DNA of 64,000 nt. Source: Ostreococcus lucimarinus (lineage: Eukaryota). Position 1 is the first letter of the stretch. Every line of letters starts with the position of its first letter. The position numbers and the translations under genes are program-made. The stretch lies in assembly GCA_000092065.1 (NCBI GenBank), contig CP000595.1. The stretch is one strand, 5' to 3'. The notes below the pieces were generated by a model that had not been told where the DNA came from, searched no databases, and worked only from the letters and a program-made list of their open reading frames with translations. This document shows positions 28,922 through 38,713 of the stretch, piece by piece.

Positions 28922-29227
28922 GTCCCGAACGCGCTCGCGAAAGCGCACGATGCCGTCGAAACGCGCGTGGCGACGTCGCTACAAACAGCCGAGGCGGAAG
29001 AAACGGAGGCGACGCGCGCGTTGAAGCGAGCGAAGAAGGCTTTGGAACTCTCTCGTCGCGTGTCTGGGAAACTGCGACGAGACGACGGCGTCGAATCGAC
29101 GGCGACGACTGTGTCAAATGAAATCATAAGAGATCGCTTTGGACACTTGGTGAGCGATTTAAAGGAGAGAATTGAGAAGCAGGTGCGCGCGATCGAGGTT
29201 CGCGTGAAGGAATTAGATGATGATTAA
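28922..29227 (+). CDS. Small coiled-coil protein exon 2 (VPNALAKAHDAVETRVATSLQTAEAEETEATRALKRAKKALELS...RIEKQVRAIEVRVKELDDD*)
   Basis: In phase with exon 1. Heptad-like coiled-coil composition. Donor GTACAA is non-consensus for this window and there is no ACTGAC branch, so confidence is low. Confidence 0.3.
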   Translation, partial: VPNALAKAHDAVETRVATSLQTAEAEETEATRALKRAKKALELSRRVSGKLRRDDGVESTATTVSNEIIRDRFGHLVSDLKERIEKQVRAIEVRVKELDDD

Positions 29228-29335
29228 TGTAGAGCCGCGTCGCGGCGTCACGATCGATGCGTGTGCTGTACGATGGAACCAACAACTAAATTGAAACGCT
29301 AGCAAGAACTCGCCGCTATTGTCGTGATCTAAATA

Positions 29336-30232
29336 CTATTGTGCATGCACCTTTGTCGCGAGAGGCTCGTACCACACCGGCGTGAAGCCAGCCTTGGCTC
29401 TGGCCTCGTCGTTGAACGGCGGTTTGAGCGCGCCGTGAAAATACTCACGGACAATCTCATGGAACGCCTTCACCACGCCGCTCTCCTCTGTTTCTTCACC
29501 GACATCACCGCCGTCGACTTCCCGGGCGTGCAAATATTTAAACCAGCGCAGCCCCGAAGCGCAGTGCGTGATCTCCTCTGGATAAATGACGGTTTCCAAC
29601 AACGTCGCCGACGCCTCGTCCCCGTTCCGACGAAACTTCCCGATCGTCTGCGGCAAAACATCCAAACCCCGCGCTTCGTGCACGCAGTGCTCCACCGCGA
29701 GCCTCGCCTCGAGCGAATGCGCCGTCTCTTTCGCCGTCCGCCACAGCCCGTCGTGCGCCTCCAGCTCGCCGAATCGCACGACGCCGCACTCGTCCAATCT
29801 TCGCGACAACAGCGCGAAATGCCGCCCTTCATCCGCCGCGAGCTCGACGAAATCATCATAAAACTCTTTCGGCATATTTCGAGCCACACCGAACCGCTGA
29901 ATCGCGTCCCAGGCCAAGAGCATCGCCCAGCTCTCTATGCTCGCGAGCGAGTGCAAAATCGCCGAGCGCGACTGCGCCGTCCCGCCGTTCCCGATCCGTC
30001 GCGTCTGCCCTGGATCCACCACGCGCGATATCTCTCGCACGGGATCATCGACGACGTTCTGCGTGTCCTCACGCGCGTACGACGTCGTCGTCGTCGCGTC
30101 GTCGTCGTCACCGAACCACCACCGGTGCGTTTCCGCCGTCATCACCGCCTTCTTCGCGCACGACGGCTCGAGCATCACGCACCGCGCGCGATGCACGAGC
30201 TCGCGCACTCTGCGCGCTTCGTCCTCCGTCAT
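29336..30232 (-). CDS. DUF455-family (ferritin-like superfamily) protein
   Basis: FGVARNMPKEFYDDFVELAADEGRHFALLSRRLDE...AHDGLWRTAKETAHSLEARLAVEHCVHEARGLDVLPQTI is the DUF455-type four-helix-bundle pattern. The track start at 30283 is TTG; the first ATG is at 30230-30232 (MTEDEARRV). Confidence 0.5.
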   Translation of the reverse strand: MTEDEARRVRELVHRARCVMLEPSCAKKAVMTAETHRWWFGDDDDATTTTSYAREDTQNVVDDPVREISRVVDPGQTRRIGNGGTAQSRSAILHSLASIESWAMLLAWDAIQRFGVARNMPKEFYDDFVELAADEGRHFALLSRRLDECGVVRFGELEAHDGLWRTAKETAHSLEARLAVEHCVHEARGLDVLPQTIGKFRRNGDEASATLLETVIYPEEITHCASGLRWFKYLHAREVDGGDVGEETEESGVVKAFHEIVREYFHGALKPPFNDEARAKAGFTPVWYEPLATKVHAQ

Positions 30233-30235
30233 CGC

Positions 30236-30274
30236 GCGCGCGGTCGGCGCGCGGTCGGCGCGCGGTCGGCGCGC
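30236..30274. repeat. 3 x 13-bp direct repeat (CGCGCGGTCGGCG) in a 50-bp bidirectional promoter/5'-UTR
   Basis: cgcgcggtcggcgcgcggtcggcgcgcggtcggcg lies exactly between the divergent start codons at 30232 (-) and 30283 (+). Confidence 0.6.
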
Positions 30275-30282
30275 GTCGTCCA

Positions 30283-31548
30283 ATGGCGAACCCGTCGGCG
30301 CCGCTTCAAATCGCGACGCGTCGACGCGCGCGACCCGAAATGCCGCCGCGCGTGAAGAAAATCAAGCGCGAGTACGCCGACGCCGATGCCGGCGACGCGG
30401 ACTACGACGCGGTGTCCTCGGGCGAGGACGACGCGGCGGAGATCACGATGAAGATTACGAAGAAGAAGCGGGCGCCCAAAAAAGTTAAAACGGACGACGG
30501 CGACGCCGAGGGCGGCGCGCGGGTCAAGGCGAAGGACGAGAACGCGCCGCAGAAGATCGGTTTCGACATCACCGCCGGACCGATTCAGGACGAGGGCTTG
30601 CACGCGAAGTATAACGCGATGAATCTGGACGAGCTGAAGCAGTACATGAAGATGAATCGAATGCCGAGCAGCGAGGTGGGACAGAAGAATAAACGAATCG
30701 TGTATAAAAAGGCGGATCTCGTGGCGCACTGCGTGGATGGGGAGAAGTGGGGACGGTATCCGTTGTGTCCGAATTGTGGGAAACGAGGGACGACGACGCT
30801 GCGGGTGACGTATGCGGATGAGAATCACGGAGGTCAGGGAACGTGGAAGTGCGTCGGGTACTACGATACGGTTTTGCAGAGCGTGACGCGGTGCTCGTTT
30901 AATTACAAGGAAGATAAGGATGCACCGCGGGAGCGATTGCCGTGGCGTAAGCCCGGAGATGAGATGTCGGACGACGAGCAAGATGACGTGCAGGCGGGGA
31001 TGGACAAGCCCGTGGTGTTTCCGGACGACATGCACGCGATGGCGCCGATGGAGATGTCGAAGAAGATGGTGGAGATTTGCCGCGAGCACGGGTTGCAGTT
31101 ACCCAAGGCGGAGAACGAAGCTTTACGAGAGTGCTACACTAAGCTCCAGGCGTCGATGAATTACGACGACGAATACGACATCAAAACTGCGTTCAATTTG
31201 CTTAAGGAGGCGTACCCGCCGTTGACCAAGGAGCAACAAGCCGGCGGCGCCGACGCGAAGAATCCCGCGAATACGAAGCTATGCCAAGCGCTCGAAGCCA
31301 TCTTCCAAGCCGCGAAGACCTCACCCGAAGAACCGATGAAGTCGGCCTCGTATCGCAAAGCCGCACAGTCCATCCGTGAGATTGATTTCGAAGTCACGAG
31401 TGGCATCGCGATTAGCAAAGGCAAACTCAAGGTGCCAAACGTCGGCCCGTCGCTCGGCGCGCAAATCGAGTTTTGGATCAAGAATGGCTACTTCGAGCGC
31501 ATGGAATACTACGAACGAGGAGAAATCCCGCCGTCGTCGAAGAAATGA
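30283..31548 (+). CDS. Putative DNA-binding/repair protein: SAP-like motif, C2-type zinc ribbon, and C-terminal DNA-polymerase-beta 8-kDa (HhH/dRP-lyase)-like domain, with no polymerase domain
   Basis: LDELKQYMKMNRMPSSEVGQKNKRIVYKKADLV is SAP-like. CPNCGKRG...WKC is the zinc ribbon. SYRKAAQSIREIDFEVTSGIAISKGKLKVPNVGPSLGAQIEFWIKNG aligns with the Pol beta 8-kDa domain [43 protein letters not shown]. The ORF stops at 31548, 95 bp before the next gene. Confidence 0.45.
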   Translation: MANPSAPLQIATRRRARPEMPPRVKKIKREYADADAGDADYDAVSSGEDDAAEITMKITKKKRAPKKVKTDDGDAEGGARVKAKDENAPQKIGFDITAGPIQDEGLHAKYNAMNLDELKQYMKMNRMPSSEVGQKNKRIVYKKADLVAHCVDGEKWGRYPLCPNCGKRGTTTLRVTYADENHGGQGTWKCVGYYDTVLQSVTRCSFNYKEDKDAPRERLPWRKPGDEMSDDEQDDVQAGMDKPVVFPDDMHAMAPMEMSKKMVEICREHGLQLPKAENEALRECYTKLQASMNYDDEYDIKTAFNLLKEAYPPLTKEQQAGGADAKNPANTKLCQALEAIFQAAKTSPEEPMKSASYRKAAQSIREIDFEVTSGIAISKGKLKVPNVGPSLGAQIEFWIKNGYFERMEYYERGEIPPSSKK

Positions 31549-31642
31549 ACACGAACATGACGCAAAGCGCGCGCTTTACTCTACAATACGGTACAACAAA
31601 AATCTCCTAGCGATGAAACGAAACGAAACGAGTCCTCGACCA

Positions 31643-32131
31643 TCAAGCGCCTCCATCGAAACTCTTCGCCGCGTGCGTCCTCAACATCTCCAATCGATAT
31701 TGGGACAAATCGACGAGCAACGACTTTTTCATCTCATCCCAATCGAATTCGTCGCCAAACTCTCGTCGCACCTCGATGACTCTCGTCGCCGCCAGTCGCA
31801 CGTCCGCGTCCTCGCTTCGCATCAAACTTTCGATAAACTCGCTTCCCGTCCCCACCAGCGGCGTCGTTTCCATCTGCTTCAGCATCGCCGCCGTGACGGA
31901 GCTCTGATTGACGTCCTCCGAGCACTCGTTGCCCTGTCCGTCGAGCTGCGCCATGACGATTCTGACGCCCACGAGCGTGTGCAGCCTGGAAATCATCTCC
32001 TTCGCCTTGTCCCGCGGGTCGTACCCGCACGCCGTCGCGTACTCGTCCGCGCTCGAAGACGCTCGCGCGCGGCGACGCCTTCGCGCGCCGCGCGGCGCGA
32101 CGACGACGCGCGCGGCGGCGGTGGACGCCAT
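31643..32131 (-). CDS. Hypothetical helical protein (ARM/HEAT-like C-terminal region); start uncertain
   Basis: Coding-like C-terminal 110 aa (EMISRLHTLVGVRIVMAQLDGQ...EDADVRLAATRVIEVRREFGDEFDWDEMKKSLL). The track start at 32218 is GTG; the first ATG is at 32129-32131, only 33 bp from the opposite gene's ATG at 32164. Confidence 0.3.
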   Translation of the reverse strand: MASTAAARVVVAPRGARRRRRARASSSADEYATACGYDPRDKAKEMISRLHTLVGVRIVMAQLDGQGNECSEDVNQSSVTAAMLKQMETTPLVGTGSEFIESLMRSEDADVRLAATRVIEVRREFGDEFDWDEMKKSLLVDLSQYRLEMLRTHAAKSFDGGA

Positions 32132-32163
32132 TCGCGCGCGCGTCGAAGAGTGTCGTCGCGCGC

Positions 32164-32976
32164 ATGTCCCGCGCGTGCGCGTCGTCGCGCGTCGCGCTCG
32201 CGCGCGCGTCGCGCGCACCGACGCGCAAACGCGCGCTCGACCGCTCGACGCGGTCGCGCGCCGTCGCGACGCGCGACGACGCGCGCGCGGACGTCGAGAG
32301 CGACGCGTCGGCGTTGTCCCGCGCGCTGGAATCGATTCGCGACGCCGACGTCAACGTCGTCGTCGTCGAGCGCGACGACGCGCGGAAGCGGTTCGTCGAG
32401 CGCGAGTCGCTGGTCGAGGCGCTGCGCGCGTCGGCGGCGTTCGAGCGCGCGGTGACGTTTCGAAAAGCGCCGACGGTGGAGGAGACGGCGCGCGCGCTCG
32501 CCGTCGCGGATAACGCGCTGGCGAGGGACATCGCGACGTGCGTGAGAGCGTTCGTGAACGTGGTGCCGGGCGCGGATCGGGGGGTGAAGGTGACACTGAG
32601 TCTGTTGCGCTCGACGCTGTGCTCGCGATTACACGTCGACCACACGAGCGCTCGAATGATGGTGACGTTTTACGGCCGAGGGACGGAAATTTGCGACGCG
32701 CGAACGAGCGCCGCGATCGCGAAGGCGAACGCGGATGGTGGAAATTTTGTGACCGATGCGTTGAAGACGTTGGCGGAGAAGTTTGCACCTCCGAGAGAGA
32801 TAAGTACTTGCGACGTGGCGCTGTTGAAGGGCGAGCGATGGACGTACGCAGACGGCTCGACGTCAAAAGGTAAAGCCATCGTGCATCGTTCGCCGCTCAT
32901 CGACGAGAACGAGTGGCGATTGACTTTGAAAGTTGACGTGGTAAACTTTGGATGTGAATGCGAAGAGGAGCACTAG
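32164..32976 (+). CDS. Conserved hypothetical protein (possibly a DUF1826-type family); function unknown
   Basis: 270-aa ORF starting at ATG 32164. The C-terminal half (MMVTFYGRGTEICDARTSAAIAKANADGGNFVTDALKTLAEKFAPP...WTYADGSTSKGKAIVHRSPLIDENEWRLTLKVDVVNFGCE) has normal complexity and lower GC. Confidence 0.4.
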   Translation: MSRACASSRVALARASRAPTRKRALDRSTRSRAVATRDDARADVESDASALSRALESIRDADVNVVVVERDDARKRFVERESLVEALRASAAFERAVTFRKAPTVEETARALAVADNALARDIATCVRAFVNVVPGADRGVKVTLSLLRSTLCSRLHVDHTSARMMVTFYGRGTEICDARTSAAIAKANADGGNFVTDALKTLAEKFAPPREISTCDVALLKGERWTYADGSTSKGKAIVHRSPLIDENEWRLTLKVDVVNFGCECEEEH

Positions 32977-33020
32977 AATAGGACTAGAAAGAATTTGATG
33001 TACAACAAACGCGGAGAGCT

Positions 33021-34073
33021 TCAGAAGAATTGCGGCGCCGTGAATCGCAACGCGGCGCTTCGAAACACGTCGACGTGCGCGTCTAGACTCGGCTCGATGG
33101 GCTTAGAGTACCCACCTCCCATGGTGATCACGAGAGGGACCTCACGGGCGATGCACATCGAATACACGGCGTTGTTTCGTCGTAGTAACCCTTCGCGGCT
33201 CATCGCGAGTCGCCCGAACGAATCCTCCTTCAAAGCGTCGATACCAGCTTGGAAAAACACGATCGCTGGGTCGTAATCATCGAATAACTTCGGCAGCCAC
33301 TGCTCGAGAAGGCTTAAATATTCCTCATCCTCGCAATCGTCCGGCAATTCGACGTCGTGCGTCGATTTCTCCCGCGTCTTGATGGGGTAGTTCTTTTCGC
33401 CGTGCATGGAAAACGTCACCACCTGCGCGTCGCCCTCGAAAATTTTTGCCGTGCCGTTCCCTTGATGCACGTCAAGATCGATGACTAATATTTTACGATC
33501 TCGCAGCGAGTCCGCGAACTCGCGTCTGGCGACGTTGATGGCGACCGCGACGTCGTTGAACACGCAAAAGCCTTCGCCTCTGTCCCTGTACGCGTGGTGC
33601 GTCCCCCCCGCGATCTGCGCGCTCGCTCGCGCACCGCTCATCACCTCTCGCATGCACGCCACCGTTCCTCCGGTGCTCGCCAACGAGCGTTCGACGTTCT
33701 GCTGAGCCATGGGGAAGCCAATCTTTCGCACCTCGTCCTCTCGCAGCGTGAGCGTCAGCACCCGCTGCACGTACTCCGGGCAGTGCGTCAACAGCAGCTC
33801 GCTCTCGATGTCCACTTTCGGAGACTCCAGAAGTGTGATCTTGTTCACCAACGCCGCGTCGCGGCGCAGAGCTTCGCGCGTGCGCGCGTACTTGTCCATC
33901 GGAAAGCGATGTCCGTCTGGGAGGTCCACCCGCGCCCAGTCCGCGAAAAACACCGAGAGCGGTCTGGGCGGCGACGCGCGCGTCGACGGAGACGCGGAAG
34001 CCGCGGTAGACACCGCGCGGTGCAGGCTCGCCGCCAGCGCTTGACCGCGCGGGAAAAGAGGGGCGGGACGCAT
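33021..34073 (-). CDS. Histone deacetylase-family protein (class II / HDA14- or AcuC-like) with organellar presequence
   Basis: IAGGTHHAYRDRGEGFCVFNDVAVAI is the HDAC catalytic motif. VIDLDVHQGNGT and VVTFSMHGEKNYP are also present. N-terminus MRPAPLFPRGQALAASLHRAVSTAASASP is transit-like. Confidence 0.8.
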   Translation of the reverse strand: MRPAPLFPRGQALAASLHRAVSTAASASPSTRASPPRPLSVFFADWARVDLPDGHRFPMDKYARTREALRRDAALVNKITLLESPKVDIESELLLTHCPEYVQRVLTLTLREDEVRKIGFPMAQQNVERSLASTGGTVACMREVMSGARASAQIAGGTHHAYRDRGEGFCVFNDVAVAINVARREFADSLRDRKILVIDLDVHQGNGTAKIFEGDAQVVTFSMHGEKNYPIKTREKSTHDVELPDDCEDEEYLSLLEQWLPKLFDDYDPAIVFFQAGIDALKEDSFGRLAMSREGLLRRNNAVYSMCIAREVPLVITMGGGYSKPIEPSLDAHVDVFRSAALRFTAPQFF

Positions 34074-34118
34074 GCCGCGAGGCGGCGTGTGCGGCGCGAC
34101 GACTCCGAGTCTTGGATT

Positions 34119-35783
34119 TCAATCCACGTCGGTGACGTGACTCGCGTGTAATAAATCCGGTAAATTCGTGAGTGAGTGCTTTTTGGCGTATTCCCGGCGT
34201 ACGGCGTCGATCGCGGCTCGGGCTGATGGGGAATCCTCGCCGAGGACGCACACGACGCCGCCGGAACCGCCGCCGGTGATTTTGGCGCCGAATAACGCGT
34301 TTCTTTCCACGTCGACTTCGCGAACGAGTCGCACTAAATCATCAGTAGCGGTTGAACCTAAGCCGACGGAGCTGTAGGAGCTGTGGCTGGCGAACATGAG
34401 ATCCCCGAGTCGTCGGCCAAGTTGTCGAACGTCGTCGTCGGCGCAAACGTCGTCGCTCGGCCAATCTTCTAAAATACTCAAAAATTCGCGCACGCGTGCG
34501 TGCTCGCGTACAGCGTGACTCACGGTTGCACGCAAGGTATACGTTGAGTCGGCGTCGATGGTGGTGTTCGGCTCGTCGTCGTGGCTGATGTATCGCGCGA
34601 GGAACGATTTGCCCGTCATTTCCTCGTCTACGTGCTGCGACCACGACATCGGACTTCCAGCGCTGCCCTCGTCCCACTGCCGAGCTGTGATGACACCACA
34701 CAGATCCACTTTACTCGGCACGACGTCTCTGTTCAATCGCGCGTTCATTTCGTTGATGAGGATCTTTTTGCCCATGAACGTGCCGCATCGCACGCGCGCG
34801 TAATCTGAACCGCCCGAGTTCGAGTGTCGCACGCCAGAATCGATGCCCCACACCCGCAGCTTTCGCGGCAATGGCACCAGTCGATATATGTCTTCAGCCC
34901 CGTCGTGTGACGTGTTGGCCAAATCGCAATCGATGGCGATGAAATTTCCGCGCGACGCCGAATCGACGGAGTGAAAGCACGCGTACTGATCCATGAATCC
35001 GCAAGGCGCCCCGACGACGTCATTTTCCGCGGTTTGACAATACAGAGGAATCATCGCCACATGCGCGCTAAACCTTCGAGCGGCGTCGTCTTCGGAAACC
35101 ACGCCAGCGCGCAGCGCGCTCGCCGCCACGGCTCTCGCCACGGCGATTTCCACCGCCGCCGAACTCGCCACGCCTTTCCCTTGCGGCACGTCCGAGCGAA
35201 TCTCAATCTCGCAATCGCATCGCGCGAGCTTCTTCACCCACGCTCGCGCGCGTTTATTCGACGCGTCCGCATCGCTCGATATCGCTCGCAAAAACTCCCC
35301 CATCGCGCCGGCGACGTACGCCGCCCATCGCTCGTTCGCCGCGCTCGGCGTCCTCTCAAAATATTCCCTCGTCTTCCCCGCATCGAACGTCTCCGCGTCG
35401 AACACCTCATCGAATCGCGCTTCAAAACATCGCGCGTCCTCTTCCTCCGCGCCGCGCGTCCCGATCGTCACCGTTCGCGCTCGAAACGTCCCGCTCGTCC
35501 CGCTCGCCGCGTCTCGAAACCGCGCGCGACACTCCGTTCGCCGCCCTCCGAGCCCCAACTGCGCGACCGTCGCGCCGGAGTAATCCGCGATCCCTCCCAT
35601 GACGTCCACGCGTCCGCGTCCGACGCCGACGCCCGCGCTCGCGCCGTCGTCGTCGCCACCGTCCTCGAAAAATCGCGCGATGTCCCCGTCACCAACGAAC
35701 TCGCGCGACGTTTTCGTCGTCGTCCGCGTCGACGCGCGCGCGAGCGCCGCTCGAAGCGCTCGCGCGATCGCGTCGCTACGCAT
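34119..35783 (-). CDS. GHMP-kinase, galactokinase-family sugar-1-kinase (GalK / arabinokinase / GalAK-like)
   Basis: GRVDVMGGIADYSGA is the galactokinase signature GR[VI]N[LI]IGEHxDY. PQGKGVASSAAVEIA is the GHMP ATP motif. GFMDQ is the GalK motif. Its stop lies 46 bp from the HDAC ATG. Confidence 0.7.
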   Translation of the reverse strand: MRSDAIARALRAALARASTRTTTKTSREFVGDGDIARFFEDGGDDDGASAGVGVGRGRVDVMGGIADYSGATVAQLGLGGRRTECRARFRDAASGTSGTFRARTVTIGTRGAEEEDARCFEARFDEVFDAETFDAGKTREYFERTPSAANERWAAYVAGAMGEFLRAISSDADASNKRARAWVKKLARCDCEIEIRSDVPQGKGVASSAAVEIAVARAVAASALRAGVVSEDDAARRFSAHVAMIPLYCQTAENDVVGAPCGFMDQYACFHSVDSASRGNFIAIDCDLANTSHDGAEDIYRLVPLPRKLRVWGIDSGVRHSNSGGSDYARVRCGTFMGKKILINEMNARLNRDVVPSKVDLCGVITARQWDEGSAGSPMSWSQHVDEEMTGKSFLARYISHDDEPNTTIDADSTYTLRATVSHAVREHARVREFLSILEDWPSDDVCADDDVRQLGRRLGDLMFASHSSYSSVGLGSTATDDLVRLVREVDVERNALFGAKITGGGSGGVVCVLGEDSPSARAAIDAVRREYAKKHSLTNLPDLLHASHVTDVD

Positions 35784-35964
35784 CGCGTCACCGGCCGTCG
35801 CGCGCGTCGTCGTCGTCGTCGTCTGACGCGCTCGACGTCGCGATTCGCGTCGCGAGCGCGCCTTTGCGGTGCACTTTTTGAGCGCTCGATCGGCATCTTA
35901 TCCGTCGCCCGCACACGCGCGCGCGTCGCCACGGCGCCCGAATCGCGCTCGATCGACGCCCGAG

Positions 35965-37509
35965 ATGTCGACGCGCGTCCGCGACGCGCCGCGCGTCGCG
36001 ACGCGCGCGCACGCGCGGCGCGTCGGGCGTAAAACTCGAAAGAGTGGGACGTCATCGTCCGCGGGACGGCGACGTCGCGACGGCGTCGCGCGGTCGACGG
36101 CGGACGACGGCGAACGATCGACGGCGCGCGAGGCGCGCGGCGCGCAGTCGCGTCGCGAGGCGCTGCTGCGCGCGGCGAGCGCGACGGTGATGGCGACGAC
36201 GACGACGACGGCGGACGCGGCGCGCGCGGCGGCGGGCGCGGCGCGGCGACTGCAGGAGACGTACTTCGCGGCGACGTCGAAAGCGATCGCGCCCGAGCGG
36301 TGGTACCCGTACTGGTGGGCGCTGCCGCTCGCGCCGTACGGGAGCAAAGCGACGGCGCTCGCGGAGGCGGTGCCGGGGGAGGTGTGGACGTTCGATCAGT
36401 TGCAAGGATTGCTCGACGTGCTCGTCAACGTGCGAATGACGGTGGCGCGACTGGAGGGGGGGGGGTTGTGGGTGCACAACCCGGTGGCGCCGACGAAGGA
36501 GCTGGTGGGGATGGTGAAGGAGCTGGAGAAACGATACGGCGCCGTGAAACACATCGTCGTCGGGAGCGCGGCGATCGAGCATAAGATTTACAGCGGGCCG
36601 TTCAGCAAGGCGTTTCCGAACGCCGACGTGTGGTTGCCGCCGAAGAATTGGACGTTTCCGGTGGACGTGCCTCTGGAGACGTACGTGCCGTTTTACCCGC
36701 AAGGGTCGCCGAAGACGCTTCCGATGCAATCGATCGGAGGCGAACAAAACGTGCCGTGGGCGAACGAGATTGAACACGCCGTGCTGCAAGTCGGCGGCTC
36801 GTCCCTGCGCGGATTCAAGGATCCTTGGTTCGTCGACACCGCGTTTTATTTGAAGCGCACGAAAACGGTCGTGCTCACGGATGTCATGGAAAAGGTGAGC
36901 CAACAAGCGCCGCCGGTGTGTCAAATCAACCCGCAGCCGCTCTTGGTGCGCGCGATGGATGAGCCGGACAAGGTGCCGGCGAACACATCGCAGGCGAGAA
37001 GCGACGGGTGGGGGAAAACCGTCTTGTTTGGTTTGCTCTTCAACCCGAACGCGGTGGAGTTTGAATTTAGCGGAGACATCGCCAACGATTTGCTCGATGG
37101 GTTCAAGTGGGATCCGAGCTGGCGCGCCGATTTCGACGCCCTCGTCGCCAAGCCGATGTTTGTGCCGCCCATTTTAGCCGTCTTGGCGTTCCCGCGTCGC
37201 CGCGACGAAGTCAAGCGTTGGTCGAACATCGTCACCTCGTGGGATTTCACGTCCATCATCCCGAGCCACCTCGACGGTCCCTTCAACGCGACGCCGGATG
37301 AATTCACCGCCGCCATGGACTTTGCCTTGACGGCGACGCCGTACGAGCAATTCGGCGCCAACGCGCAGAGCTTAATCGACGTCGACAAATTGAGCGTCGA
37401 TCTCAAGTCTCTCGAAGTGCCCAAGCCGTTGAGTCCGGAGCTCATCACTCCTCCCAAACCAGCGCAGGAAGCGGTGGAAATCGTCCTCGACGCCGCGTCG
37501 GAGCAATAA
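35965..37509 (+). CDS. Conserved plastid-type protein of unknown function (DUF4336-like)
   Basis: The track start at 35869 is GTG; the first ATG is at 35965 (MSTRVRDAPRVATRAHARRVGRK..., transit-like). Long non-repetitive domain (WYPYWWALPLAPYGSKATALAEAVPGEVWTFDQLQGLLDVLVNVRMTVARLE...VVGSAAIEHKIY). The family call is from memory only. Confidence 0.4.
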   Translation: MSTRVRDAPRVATRAHARRVGRKTRKSGTSSSAGRRRRDGVARSTADDGERSTAREARGAQSRREALLRAASATVMATTTTTADAARAAAGAARRLQETYFAATSKAIAPERWYPYWWALPLAPYGSKATALAEAVPGEVWTFDQLQGLLDVLVNVRMTVARLEGGGLWVHNPVAPTKELVGMVKELEKRYGAVKHIVVGSAAIEHKIYSGPFSKAFPNADVWLPPKNWTFPVDVPLETYVPFYPQGSPKTLPMQSIGGEQNVPWANEIEHAVLQVGGSSLRGFKDPWFVDTAFYLKRTKTVVLTDVMEKVSQQAPPVCQINPQPLLVRAMDEPDKVPANTSQARSDGWGKTVLFGLLFNPNAVEFEFSGDIANDLLDGFKWDPSWRADFDALVAKPMFVPPILAVLAFPRRRDEVKRWSNIVTSWDFTSIIPSHLDGPFNATPDEFTAAMDFALTATPYEQFGANAQSLIDVDKLSVDLKSLEVPKPLSPELITPPKPAQEAVEIVLDAASEQ

Positions 37510-37590
37510 CTAGCGAGTCTCGCGTTTTAATCAAACCGTCGCGAACTACGGATAAGACCTCAAACCTCACCGCGCGCTCCCATCGACGCG

Positions 37591-38664
37591 ATGCTCGCCC
37601 TCGCGAGCGCATCGCGCGCGAGCGCGTCACACGCGATGTCGCGCACCGCGCGCGCGCCGCTCGACCGCTCTCGCGCGCGAGCGCCGTCGTCGTCGTCGGT
37701 TTTCACGCGTCGATCGAGCGCGTCCCGCTCGACCACGCACGTCGTCCGCGCCGCGTCGGACGAGCGCGTGGAGACGCACGCGTTCTTCTCCCCGTCCAAA
37801 ATCAACCTGTTCTTACGAATCACCGCGCGAAGACCCGATGGATTCCACGACCTCGCGTCGCTGTTCCACGTCATCGACCTCGGGGACGACATGACGTTTG
37901 CGAAGTCGTCGAGCGAGACGAAGGACACGCTGATCTGTAACGACCCCACGATCCCGACGGATTCGTCGAATTTAGTGATCAAGGCGTTGGATTTGTTCCG
38001 CGCGAAGACGGGCGTGCGACAGTACTTTTGGATCGAGCTGGATAAAAAGGTGCCGCACGGCGCCGGACTCGGCGGCGGGAGCGGAAACGCGGCGACGACG
38101 CTCTTCGCCGCGAATAAGTTGTGTGGATCGCCGGCGACGGAGGCGGAACTGTTGGAGTGGAGTGGGGAAATAGGAAGCGATATTTCGGTGTTCTTTTCTA
38201 AGGGCGCGGCGTATTGCACGGGGAGAGGGGAGATTGTGGAGGACGTGGAGCCGCCGTTGGATTTAGCCACGAAGATGTTGCTCGTGAAGCCGCCGATGGG
38301 GTGCTCGACGCCGGCTATATTTAAGGCGCTCGATCTCGATGGACGCTCGAAGGCGGACCCGTTAGAGTTGTTGAAACGCATCGGCGTCGATGGATGCTCG
38401 GAGACGGTGTGCATCAACGATCTCGAGGCGCCCGCGTTTACGGTGTTGCCCGAACTCGCCGAGCTCAAGGAACGGCTCAAGGCGGCGACGGCGGATAAAA
38501 AGACGGTGGTTTTCATGTCTGGTAGCGGTAGCACGATCGTCATCGTCGGCGACGATGACGTTCCCGCGTTCGTGGCGCGAGACGACGCCCTGTTCAAGGC
38601 GCCCACGCGATTAATCACGAGAAAGCCCGGCGAGTGGTACGCGCCGACGCTTCGCCGAGCGTAA
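37591..38664 (+). CDS. ISPE: 4-diphosphocytidyl-2-C-methyl-D-erythritol kinase (IspE/CMK, MEP pathway) with transit peptide
   Basis: FFSPSKINLFLRITARRPDGFHDLASLFHVIDLGDDMTF...KKVPHGAGLGGGSGNAATTLFAANKL is the IspE/GHMP signature. Confidence 0.85.
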   Translation: MLALASASRASASHAMSRTARAPLDRSRARAPSSSSVFTRRSSASRSTTHVVRAASDERVETHAFFSPSKINLFLRITARRPDGFHDLASLFHVIDLGDDMTFAKSSSETKDTLICNDPTIPTDSSNLVIKALDLFRAKTGVRQYFWIELDKKVPHGAGLGGGSGNAATTLFAANKLCGSPATEAELLEWSGEIGSDISVFFSKGAAYCTGRGEIVEDVEPPLDLATKMLLVKPPMGCSTPAIFKALDLDGRSKADPLELLKRIGVDGCSETVCINDLEAPAFTVLPELAELKERLKAATADKKTVVFMSGSGSTIVIVGDDDVPAFVARDDALFKAPTRLITRKPGEWYAPTLRRA

Positions 38665-38713
38665 ACGTGAATGGTAATAAAATCTCTACGGCATAGCGAC
38701 AACTACTGAACGA

